Below are positions 38,201-48,700 of a stretch of DNA of 64,000 bases, piece after piece (position 1 is the first letter of the stretch; each line of letters opens with the position of its first letter). This DNA is from Peptococcaceae bacterium UBA5356 (GTDB lineage: Bacteria; Bacillota; Peptococcia; DRI-13; DTU073), in the NCBI GenBank assembly GCA_002407935.1, contig DHPU01000008.1, forward strand, positions 9,430-73,429. The letters run 5' to 3'. The notes below the pieces were generated by a model. It saw only the letters and a list, made by a program, of their open reading frames with translations, was not told where the DNA came from and made no database searches. Both the position numbers and the translations under genes were made by a program.

Positions 38201-39682
38201 GAAGACGGAACAGTATGGGCGTGGGGAGAAAACCGGGATGGACAATTAGGAAATGGAACGTATGAAGATAGCGCAATTCCGGTGCAGGTAAGTGGGTTAA
38301 CCGGAGTAAAAGCAATAACTGGTGGAGGTAATCATAGTCTAGCGTTAAAGGAAGACGGAACAGTATGGGTGTGGGGATCTAACCGCAAAGGACAATTAGG
38401 AAATGGTACGTATGAAGAAAGCCCAATTGCGGTGCAGGTAAGCGGGTTAACCGGGGTAAAAGCAGTGGCTGGAGGATGCAATCATAGTCTAGCGTTAAAG
38501 GAAGACGGAACAGTGTGGGCGTGGGGATATAACTGGGGTGGACAATTAGGAAATGGTACGTATGAAGAAAGCCCAATTGCGGTGCAGGTAAGCGGGTTAA
38601 CCGGGGTAAAAGCTATTGCCGGTGGAGGCAATCATAGTCTAGCGTTAAAGGAAGACGGAACAGTATGGGCGTGGGGATATAACTGGGAAGGACAATTAGG
38701 AGATGACACAGATGACAATAGCCCAATTGCGGTGCAGGTAAGTGGGTTAACCGGAGTAAAAGCTATTGCTGGTGGATTCGAACATAGTCTAGCGTTAAAG
38801 GAAGACGGAACAGTATGGGTGTGGGGATCTAACTGGGAAGGACAATTAGGAAATGGGACGTATGAAAAAAGCCTAATTCCGGTGCAGGTAAGCGGGTTAA
38901 CCGGGGTAAAGGCAATTGCTGGTGGATACTTTCATAGTATAGCGTTAAAGGAAGACGGAACAGTGTGGGCGTGCGGATCTAACGAGGATGGTCAATTGGG
39001 GGATGGAATGAAGATACTAAACTCGTCTTATCCTTTAGGGCTCTATGGCAATCCTCCTACTGTTGAAGCATTTTTGACTGATACGGCACTAGATCTTTCC
39101 TACAGTGCTATTGGTGGTACCGTATATTATGAAGTGGAGGTTAATGGTTCGTCAATAAATAATGGTAAGAACACAGCATACAGCTACCAAATATCCAGTC
39201 CCGGCAGTTTACCTACTTATCGGGTACGTTCCATAAACATGGACGGATTGGGTTTATGGAGCATAAATGCTCCAACGCAGGGATCATTCGGTACAATAAC
39301 AGACAACAGTATCGAGACGATCTGGGGAGCTAACGGAAACCCCAGTGGTACGTTATATAGAATTGCCGCTTTTGATGCAAATGATGAACTGGTAAAAGAA
39401 AACGAGTGGACAAGTAATTTTTCGGATACAATCACCAACCTTACTCCCAATACTTTTTATAAATTAAAAGGTAAGGCTAAAAACAGCGACAATGTTGAGA
39501 CAGGTTGGGTTGAGTTAGGATTGGTAACAACTCTTAATTCACAAATTATTAATTCATCTACTGTTTATGTTTATGATGAACGGAACAGGCTGGACTATAT
39601 GCAATTACAGTCAGGGGAAATAATTGATTTTCAGTACGATAATAACGGTAATTTAATTAGAACAGTAAGAAGCCAGCTATAG
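35219..39682 (+). CDS. Secreted multidomain protein: signal peptide, I9-like propeptide, subtilase (S8) domain, 14 RCC1 repeats, 2 FN3-like domains, short YD-repeat tail
   Basis: Signal peptide (LLMIFLCTNSTFAFQASA). S8 triad motifs VAVIDTGID / HGTHVAG / GTSMAAAFVSG. Fourteen 50-aa units HSLALKEDGTVWAWG.N..GQLGNGT....IPVQVSGLTGVKAIAGG. C-terminal YVYDERNRLDYM...FQYDNNGNLI. Confidence 0.9.
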   Translation: MRRSEKFKKITMTILLMIFLCTNSTFAFQASASGTKLLGIEKEHGQPEMIGQEGYETDRFIIKYKESKGNEGEKTKKQYQELLKDKLFSVEKINGRKGPNYQRIVLNQKLKTKDFLDALAVKDKTIDIEYIQPDYQLSCFSNDQYYASQWGLENNLPESAQDEEFLRDEARHRLPPHLRDTMERHPELIEIIRNTPPKELRARLMSKKVMCDIPPEILFELAHEPLLRERGRNRTVQQEYVCDAAVKGAWEKTNGEGVLVAVIDTGIDVTHEDLVGNIWENTGEIPDNGLDDDGNGYVDDVYGWNFSDGNNLVFNKDNLNAEKHGTHVAGIIAAEKDNGKGVAGTAPKAKIMPLKVFKDGTAYTSEIIAAIEYAEKMGARIVNASWGSTMDNPALKEAIENSKMLFVCATGNSGVNLENSPVYPASFAGKNIISVASLNRNGILSAFSNYGASAVDVAAPGEKIISTIPGNSYANMSGTSMAAAFVSGEAALLLGMDKNLKAADIKGRIVGYCDRLSSLKGKIHQSNKVNCTNAVNKSGNNKLINVSVASHSNDAVKASVTSGVDSFALFEASSKGLLNVKNVVGGRYHSLALKEDGTVWAWGDNFYGQLGDGTFDNKTIPVQVSELTGVKAIAGGGYHSLALKEDGTVWAWGSNRKGQLGNGTYEDSAIPVQISGLTGVKAIAGGYEHSLALKEDGTVWAWGSNRKGQLGNGTYEDSAISVQVSGLSGVKAIDGGVCHSLALKEDGTVWAWGENCDGQLGNGTYEDSAIPVQVSGLSGVKAIDGGVCHSLALKGDGTVWAWGANWLGQLGDGTDDESAIPVQASGLIGVTAIDSGDYHSLALKEDGTVWVWGDNWKGQLGNGTYEESLIPVQVSGLTGVKAIATGGHHSLALKESGTVWAWGDNEDGQLGNGTCGTIPIPVQVSGLTGGKAIAGGGSHSLALKEDGTVWAWGYNWDGELGNGTDEESSIPVQVSGLTGVKAIAGGYFHSLALKEDGTVWAWGENRDGQLGNGTYEDSAIPVQVSGLTGVKAITGGGNHSLALKEDGTVWVWGSNRKGQLGNGTYEESPIAVQVSGLTGVKAVAGGCNHSLALKEDGTVWAWGYNWGGQLGNGTYEESPIAVQVSGLTGVKAIAGGGNHSLALKEDGTVWAWGYNWEGQLGDDTDDNSPIAVQVSGLTGVKAIAGGFEHSLALKEDGTVWVWGSNWEGQLGNGTYEKSLIPVQVSGLTGVKAIAGGYFHSIALKEDGTVWACGSNEDGQLGDGMKILNSSYPLGLYGNPPTVEAFLTDTALDLSYSAIGGTVYYEVEVNGSSINNGKNTAYSYQISSPGSLPTYRVRSINMDGLGLWSINAPTQGSFGTITDNSIETIWGANGNPSGTLYRIAAFDANDELVKENEWTSNFSDTITNLTPNTFYKLKGKAKNSDNVETGWVELGLVTTLNSQIINSSTVYVYDERNRLDYMQLQSGEIIDFQYDNNGNLIRTVRSQL
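36950..39010 (+). repeat. In-frame tandem array of 14 x 150-nt RCC1-blade units (coding)
   Basis: Strict 150-nt period. For example, 37141-37228 is identical to 37291-37378 (88 nt). Confidence 0.95.
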
Positions 39683-39733
39683 CTTAATGGAAAAGAACGA
39701 TTTTGGAGCAATATTGTGTTGAGGAGGAGAAAA

Positions 39734-42700
39734 ATGAGGAAATCAGGATTTAAGAAGGTTATTTCCCTTGTATTGCTATTAACATTTAGTCTGGGCATTG
39801 CGATACCGACAGACCTTGCAAAGGCTACAGAAAGTGGTAAAACTCAAGAGTTTGTACAACAGACAAAGCCGGTTATTGAACCAAGCAATTTAACCAATAG
39901 TAACGAAAAACAATCTAAAGAGGATGCTGCTGCTGAGGACGTCAATAATAATGCAAGCACTTTGTCCCAAGAGGAAATAAATAAAATAGTTGACGATCAT
40001 TTACGCAGTCAAGAAAAGGTGGACGAATTTTCCGAAGAGAATAAAAGTGAAAACATAGAAATTACCGAAGAAGAAAAAACAGATCGGTTCATAATTAAAT
40101 ACAAAGATAGTAAACAAAAAGAAGAAACAGCGAAAAAATTAAAGAATAATAAGATTAAAAAAAGGATACAAACAAAAAACAAACAATATGATTTACTTAT
40201 TACCACTGAAAAAATAAATAAGAATGATTGCAAAAAGTATTTCCAACAAGAAAAGGACGATTCAAATATTGAATATATTCAGCCAGATTATGAGGTTACT
40301 GTAGCTGCAGTAGACTTATTGGAAAAGAATAATGAACAACCAATCGGAGGACCAGGGGAAGCACCAGTCGAACAACCAGCAGTGGAACCTATCGACGAAT
40401 CTGAAAAAGGAACAATTGGAGAATCAGTAGATGAAGATCCTCTAGTTGAGGAGCCTATAGATGAAGAAACAACGAATGAAGCTGTTGAAGATCAAAAGGA
40501 AGATGCAGCGGATGAATTAACAGAAGAACCAGTCAAAGACTCAAATACGGAGGAAAATGAGCCAACCGATGATGCCGAACTTGATGATGCCCTTTTGACT
40601 GAACAAGACGAAATAACCGAAGAAATTATCGAGGAGATTACTCCGGTAGATGACCCTAATTTTGCCGAGCAATGGGCTCTACAACCCAATGAATATACTG
40701 ACAAAAAGAATCAAGTAAGTGCCGTGGGCATTGATGCCGTTAATGCTTGGGAAAACGCGGAAGGGAAAGGCGTTATTGTCGCGGTTTTGGACACCGGAGT
40801 TGACATTACGCATGAAGACCTCTCGGATAATATCTGGGTAAATGCCGCAGAAATTCCGGGAAATGGTCTTGATGACGATGAGAATGGGTATATTGATGAT
40901 GTCAATGGTTGGAATTTTGTTAATAAAAGCAATTTAGTGCATGACCCTGCTCTAGTGCATGACGAATGGCATGGGACGCATATCGCCGGAATTATTGCTG
41001 CTTCTAAAGGGAACCAAAAAGGGATTGTTGGAGTAGCACCAAAAGCAAAAATTATGCCCTTACAGGTTTTCCAAAATGGGACGGCTTATACCAGCGATAT
41101 AATAAGCGCGATCGAGTATGCTCAACAGATGGGCGCGCAAATTGTCAACTGTAGTTGGGGAACTACCAGTGAAAACGTCGCATTGCAGGAGGCAATAGCT
41201 GAAGCGGGACTTCTCTTCGTTTGTGCGGCCGGTAATAGCAATCAAGATATTGATCTTGATCCAGTTTATCCTGCTTCGTTATCGAATAGCAATGTTATTG
41301 CTGTTGCCGCGATCAAAAAAAATGGGCATTTAGCTACATTTTCAAATTATGGTGAGAACTCCGTAGATGTAGCTGCCCCGGGCAGTGAGATCGAGAGTAC
41401 TTTACCTGAAAATAACTATGGGAAGAGTGCGGGAACCTCAATGGCAGCAGCTTTTGTTTCCGGGGAAGCAGCGTTAATTATCAGCAGGTTTCCCGAGGCC
41501 AGTCATGCTGAGGTCAAAGCAAGAATTATGGATTCTTCCGATAGGTTATCTTCATTGAATGGCAAAGTAAAAAGAGCATCTAAAATTAATTGTGCAAATG
41601 CATTGGAGGAGCCACTTAATGATAATTACGGCATATTAAAGGTTTTAGAGGAAGAAATTAGTGCAGAAGAAAGCATAGGATCGTCAGAGGGTGGAGATTT
41701 TAGTTTATATTCTGTTGATGAATGGAATACTCGAGCCAGTATGTCAACGCCGAGGAGATATCTGGGAGTAGTTGAGCTGAACGGGAAGATTTATGCGATT
41801 GGCGGGTATAATGGTGCATATAAGAATACAGTAGAGGAGTATGATCCAGCCACTAATACATGGTCAACAAAAGCCAGTATGAGTTATGCCCGCTATGGAC
41901 TTGGCGTTGCAGCAGTTAATGGCAAGATTTATGCGATTGGTGGATATAACGGTGGATATAAGAGTTATGTTGAAGAATATAATCCGGTTACGAATACTTG
42001 GAGTACGAAAGCCAGCATGCCTACGGCCAGGGGGTATTTAGGTGTTACGGCTGTTAACGGAAAGATTTATGCGATTGGCGGTTATAACAGTAATGGGAAT
42101 TTAAACACCGTAGAAATATACGATCCAATTAATAATCAATGGAGCACGAAGACAAGTATGGCAGTTGCTAGGTATGGTCTAGGTGTCGTGGAAATTAATA
42201 GCAAGATTTATGCGATTGGTGGTTACAACGGGAGTTATCTAAATGCTGTGGAAGAATACGATCCTGTAACAAACACTTGGAACATGAAAGCTAGTATGCC
42301 TACCCCTAGGAGATTATTTGGTGTAACGGTGGCAAACGGGAAAATCTATGCGATAGGAGGAAGGAACAGCTCTTACCAAAACATTGTTGAGGAATATAAC
42401 CCGCTTGTTGATACCTGGGGGAAAAGAAATAATCTTTCCACTGCAAGAGAAGGTTTGGGTGCTGTCGCGGTAAACGGGAAAATCTATGCGATAGGTGGCT
42501 ATAATGGTAGCTATTTAGCTACTAACGAGGAATATGGTTTACCCTTAAGTAGCTGGAGTCAATTGAAGAGTATGGCTACAGCCAGGACGGGGCTTAGTGC
42601 TGCTGCAGTCAACGGTAAATTATATGCGATAGGCGGCTATAATGGGAGTACTTATTTAAATACTGTTGAAGAATATGATTCAGCTAACAACTCCTGGACG

Positions 42701-45700
42701 GCTAAAGCTAGTATGCCGACAGCCAGGGGTTTTAGCGGTGTGGCCGCGGTAAATGGGAAGATTTATGTTGTTGGCGGCTATACCGGTAGTACCTACTTAA
42801 ATACGCTTGAAATGTACGATTCTGTAACGAATACCTGGACTACTAAGGCTAGTATGCCAACGGCCAGAGGATATTTAGCGGTTAGCGTGGTTAATGGTAA
42901 AATCTATGCGGTAGGCGGTTATAATGGTAGTGCTTATCTTAATACAGTAGAAGAATACGATCTTGCTACCGATACATGGGTTGTAAAAACAAACATGCCT
43001 ACAGGCAGACGAAACCTGGGAGCAGCCGCAGCCAATGGTAAGCTGTATGCGGTTGGTGGCTATAACGGTAGTTATCTAAATACAGTAGAAGAATATGATC
43101 CTACAGACAACGTCTGGCGAAGCAAAATAGGCATGTCTGCGGGAAAGGAAAAGCTAGGGATAGTATCTTTATTTGGCAAGGTTTATGCCATTGGCGGCTA
43201 TAACGGGACGGAATATCTGAATTCATTGGAGGAATACGATCCCCTGACCAACAATTGGATAAGCAAAAATAAGGAAAATATGATTCAGCCCCGAGGCTCA
43301 TTTGGTGTTGCCAGCTACAATGGAAATATTTATGTTCTCGGTGGTTCAGGTAACAACGGATATGGGGCACAGCTTAATACAGTGGAAGAATATAATCTCA
43401 CGGCGGATATTGCTAACTTTAAGGCTAGTATGCCAACCGGAAGGTGGGATGTTGGGGCGATTGCCGTCAATGGAAAAATTTACGCCATTGGAGGAACGAA
43501 CGGAAATACATATTTAAACAATGTAGAAGAATACGATCCGGCAACGGATACGTGGACAAGTAAGGCTAACATGCCAACAGCCAGAAGATCCTTTGGGATT
43601 ACTCAGGTAAACGGAAAAATTTATATAATTGGTGGAGCAACTGGCGGGACGACATTTATTACTACCGTGGAAGAATATGATCCGGTAACGAATAGCTGGA
43701 GTACGAAAGCTAGTATGCCAACGGCTAGATATCTATTGTCAGCAGCAACTGTAAATGGAAAAATATATGCCATTGGCGGCAGTAACGGATCTTCTATATT
43801 TAAAACCGTGGAAGAATATAATCCCATAACCAATACTTGGTCTACTAAAACTAGTATGTCTATTGCGAGAATGGGATTAAGCACAGTAGCGGCTAATGGA
43901 AAAATATATGCCATTGGTGGCTGGTATAATGCCCCGTTAAATGCGGTGGAAGAATATAATCCGGTAACAAACAGCTGGAGTACAAAAGCCTGTCTGCCAA
44001 CAGCCAGACAGGAGTTGGGAGCAATAACGGCTAACGGAAAGATTTATGCAGTAGGCGGGGACAGTCATGGAAGCCTAGATATAGTAGAAGAGTACGATCT
44101 AACTACAAATACTTGGGCAAAGGAACACAGTCTGCTTATGGAGAGAACAAGATTTGGCCTTGCAGATTGCAGTGGAAAAATTTATGTGCTTGGTGGTCTT
44201 TCGGATAATGCAACAGCAAGTAATCTGGTAGAGGAATATAATCTTGGCGCGACAGCTTGGAACACTAAAGCAAATATGGGTACAGCACGCAAAGATTTTG
44301 GGATAGTTGCAGCAAACGGTAAAATCTATGCGGTCGGAGGCAACAACGGCGGTACTTGCCTTAATACAGTAGAAGAATACAATAGTATTACAAACACTTG
44401 GGCAGCGAAGGCTAACTTGCTTACGGCTAGGGAGGGGTTAGGGGCAGCTGCGGTAAACGGGAAGCTTTATGCTATTGGCGGCTATAATGGCAGCAGTTAT
44501 TTGAATACCATAGAAGAGTATGATCTGTCTACCAATACTTGGAGTGCTAAAGCCAATATGCCTACAGCGAGAAGATATTTAGGTATAGCTGCGGTGAACG
44601 GGAAAATATATGCCATTGGGGGGTATAACGGCAGTTATTTGAATAAGGTAGAGGAATACGATCCGTTAACAAATAGCTGGACAACGAAAGCCAGTATGCC
44701 GACTGCTAGGTCTATGCTGACCTTAGTTGTAGCATATGGCAAGCTCTATGCTATTGGGGGGTATAACGGCGGTTATTTGAATAAAGTGGAAGAATACGAT
44801 CCGGCAACCAACATTTGGAGTGTCAAAGCGAATATGCCTTCCATAAGAGCCGGAGCCGGTGCGGCGGTTGTTAATCATAAAATTTATGTAATGGGTGGTA
44901 CGAACGGCACGAATAATTATCTGGATTTTAATGAAGAGTTTGACCCCATTAATAATCTTTGGGCGCAAAAAAGTACGCTGCCCACCACCAGAGGGAATTT
45001 GGGGGTAGGTTCGGTCAATGGAAAAATATATGCTATTGGGGGAATAAGATATGAAACAAGTAATATTCTACTGAAGACCGTTGAAGAATATGATCCTACC
45101 TATGACAGCGTTTCTATAGAAAGCGATAAAGCTTCTTCTAGAAAAGGGCTTGGTGTTGTGGCAACAGATTCTAAACTCTTAGCCATTGGCGGTTACAACG
45201 AGAACGGTTATCTTAACGGAGTGGATATATATCGAGAAGGTCGATTATGGTGTACAACTCAGATGACTTTAAGCAGAAAAGACTTAGGGACAGCTTATGT
45301 CAACGGTAAGGTTTATGTAATCGGTGGATATGATGGAACTAACTATTTGAATGCAGTAGAAATTTTCCAAACTAATAACTACTATAACGGTACTTGGACA
45401 ACCGGAGCTAGTATGCAAACGGCTAGAGCGGGCCTAGGCGTAGTAGCTGTAAACGGTAGATTATACGCGATTGGCGGGCAAAACAGCAACGGGTATCTAA
45501 ATACGGTTGAAGAATATGATCCTTATACGGATACTTGGCGTATGAGGGCTTCAATGGCAACACCAAGAAGTGAGTTCGGGATTGCTGTTCATAATGGATT
45601 GATTTATGTCATTGGCGGACGAAATGAAGATATTCTTTCATCTGTTGAAGTATATGATCCTATTTCTAATAAGTGGGCGGTGGCGACAAATTTACCGAAA

Positions 45701-48700
45701 GGTAGATATGGTCTTTCGGCAGCAGAGTTAAACGGTAGAATATATGCGATTGGCGGCCATGATGGAAATAACTATCTAAACATCGTAGAAGAATATGACC
45801 CTGACACCCAAAAATGGGTTCCCAAACAAGGAACGATTGATCCGCGGGCTTTTTTTGGTGCTGCCTCCTTTGCCGGAAATATTTATTTAATTGGCGGTTG
45901 TAATGAAAAAGAATATTTACGAACCATTGAGCAGTATAATGTTGGAGATATTATCTGGGAGTCAAGAGCACCGTTATTGTCTCCAAGAGCTTCATTAGGC
46001 GTGGCTGCGGTGAACGGTAGAATTTATGTCATCGGAGGGAAAAATGACTATAATTATCAATTTAATGAGGTTGAAGAATATAATCCCGCTACCAATGTCT
46101 GGATTGATAAAGCTATTATGCCAACTGCCAGAGCGGGGCTGGGCGTAGCGGAAGTAAATGGGAAGATTTACGCAATCGGCGGATATGCAGGAACTACACA
46201 ATTAAATAAAGTAGAAATGTATGATCCGGCAACCAACACTTGGAGCACAAAGGCAAATATGCCTACTGCCCGGAGTAAAATAGGCGTTGCCGCAGTCAAC
46301 GGCAAGATTTATGCTATCGGCGGATATAACGGAAGCGCGGAAATAGGAATAGTAGAGGTATATGATCCGGCAACTAACAGTTGGAATACCAGAGCAAGCA
46401 TGCCTACGGCCAGAAGTGCCTTTGGCATAACAGCTTTAAATGGAAAAATCTATATAGCCGGTGGACGTTTGAGGGGTTCTCTTGATACAGTGGAGGAATA
46501 TGATCCGGTAACCGACAACTGGAGCACTAAGGCCAGCTTAACAAGCTGGAAGTCCGGATTAAGTATCGCGGCATTAAACGGTAAAATTTACGCATTGGGG
46601 GGAGACCAACTAAATGTTGTAGAACAATATGATCCCGCTACGGATCATTGGACCACTAATACCAGTATGCCGATGGCGAAAAGCGATTTTGGTTTAGTAG
46701 CGTTGAATAATTATTTGTTTGTCATAGGTGGTATTGCTAAATCTACCTGCACTGACAGTGTCGAAGTCGGCAAATTTGGCGACGAAGCAACAAGCCCAGT
46801 TTTTGAATTAGTTCACTTGGGAGAAGAAAACGTCAATCCTTCAGGGAATTTCTCCCGCTCCTATACTGATATGGAAATTCCGGCGCCAGGATTTGATATT
46901 GACATAACCCGCACATATAATTCCCGGGATTACAGAAACGATAGTCCGTTGGGCCTTGGTTGGAGTTTTGGTTTCCAAGGCAGCCTCAAAGATAGTGATG
47001 ATAACCAATGGATGGCTAGAATGCCTAATGGGAGCGCCATGACCTTCACCAAAAATGCGGATAGTTCGTACACAGCCAATGATTTAAGGGCAACGCTTGT
47101 GAAACAGGCGGATAATACCCATATCCTTACTACCCAAGATCAATACACTTATGGGTTTGATACTAACGGTTGGCTGAAGTGGATGAAGGATAGAAACGGA
47201 AACATTATTAACCTCATGGTGAACGCCGCGAACGGGAAAGTGACCGCGATCACCGACCAGGTGGGACGGCAAATAAACCTTACATACAATGCTCAGGGGT
47301 ACATCCAAACCATTACCGACCCGTTGAATCGTACTGTGTACTACGAGTATACCAATAACCAGCTTACCAAGGTCACCGATCCCCGTGGCAAGAACATGTA
47401 TTACAGCTATAATTCCCTTGGGTATTTGGAAACAATCAAAGACCATGATAACAATATACTTGAGTCTGTTGTTTATGATGCTATATCAGGTACTTTGCCT
47501 AAAGTTGCCCGGGTAACGGATATTTACGGGAACACTCAGACCTATATGTATGATACTGAATACCGGAAAGTTACCGTTACCGATCTAAATGGGCGGGAAA
47601 CAATCACCTGGTTTGACAATTCCCTTTATCCGATCCAAGTGCAAGATGCTGATGGGCGAAGAAGTACCACTATTTATACCCTTGACGAAAATGGCGGCAA
47701 TAAATACGGAGAAGTAGAATCAATTACCGATCGAAATGGGAACAGAACCGTATATGAAAGAGACAGCAGAGGGAACATTACCCATATCTATCATCCTGAT
47801 TCCAGCTGTCAGGAATTTGGCTACGATGATAAGAACAATAAAATCCGGGAAAAAGACCAGGACGGCAAATATACCTTCTATATTTACGATGGTACTAAAG
47901 CCAGACTACTCAAGAAAGCCCAACCCCTGAATGGCACAGACCAATATACAGCTGGTTGTAACGAAACGCCGTTTGCCGTAACCACCTATACCTATTATAC
48001 TGATGCCGAAGCACAACAAATGGGTTGTCAAGCGAAAGGGCTGCTTAAATCCGAGACTAACCCTAACGGAAAGCTTACAACCTATACCTACGATACTTAT
48101 GGCAATATCCGCACTGTTACCAATCCCGAAGGGAAAACAATCACTTACCAATACAACAACATCGGTTGGAAAACGGCGGAGATTTCCCCGAAACAAAATA
48201 CGACCAGCATCAATTACGACCAAAACGGGAATATCGAAGAAGTTACCTTAGCCGGGGGCGAAGTAACCCGTACGACCTATGACACGATGGGACGAGTCAC
48301 CAAAGAAGTAGCGGCAAACCTTTATGATCCCGCCTTAGATAATCTTGCCGGACATACCTATAATGGCAACCATGGTACGCGGTACACCTATTACCCCAGC
48401 GGCAAAATACGCACCGTGACCGATCCGGAAAACAACGTGACCAGCTATACTTATGATCTCTACGGGAATATCGCGACAGAAACCAAACCGAACGGAGCTA
48501 TCTATGAATATGGTTATGATGCTTTGGATCGTCTGACCTCAACCCAATTCAAAGAAAATACCGGAGCAGCTCTCGTGGTCTTAAACACCTATAGCTACCA
48601 GATCCTGCCTGACGGCAAAACGACCAAAACAGAGACCCGCTATCTCAACGACAGTGAGACAGCTGAGACAATTTACACTTACGATTACGAAGATCGGCTC

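Noticed and set aside
37132-38576. Series of 65-115-aa minus-strand ORFs (37132-37338, 37329-37565, 37629-37865, 37968-38315, 38379-38576) with repetitive proline/leucine-rich translations
   Set aside because: They are antisense shadows of the in-frame 150-nt RCC1 repeat. The sense frame has clear domain signatures and is uninterrupted.
36950-39010. Regular 150-nt tandem repeats that might be mistaken for a CRISPR or satellite array
   Set aside because: The units are contiguous with no unique spacers, sit in a single long reading frame, and encode recognisable RCC1 blades.
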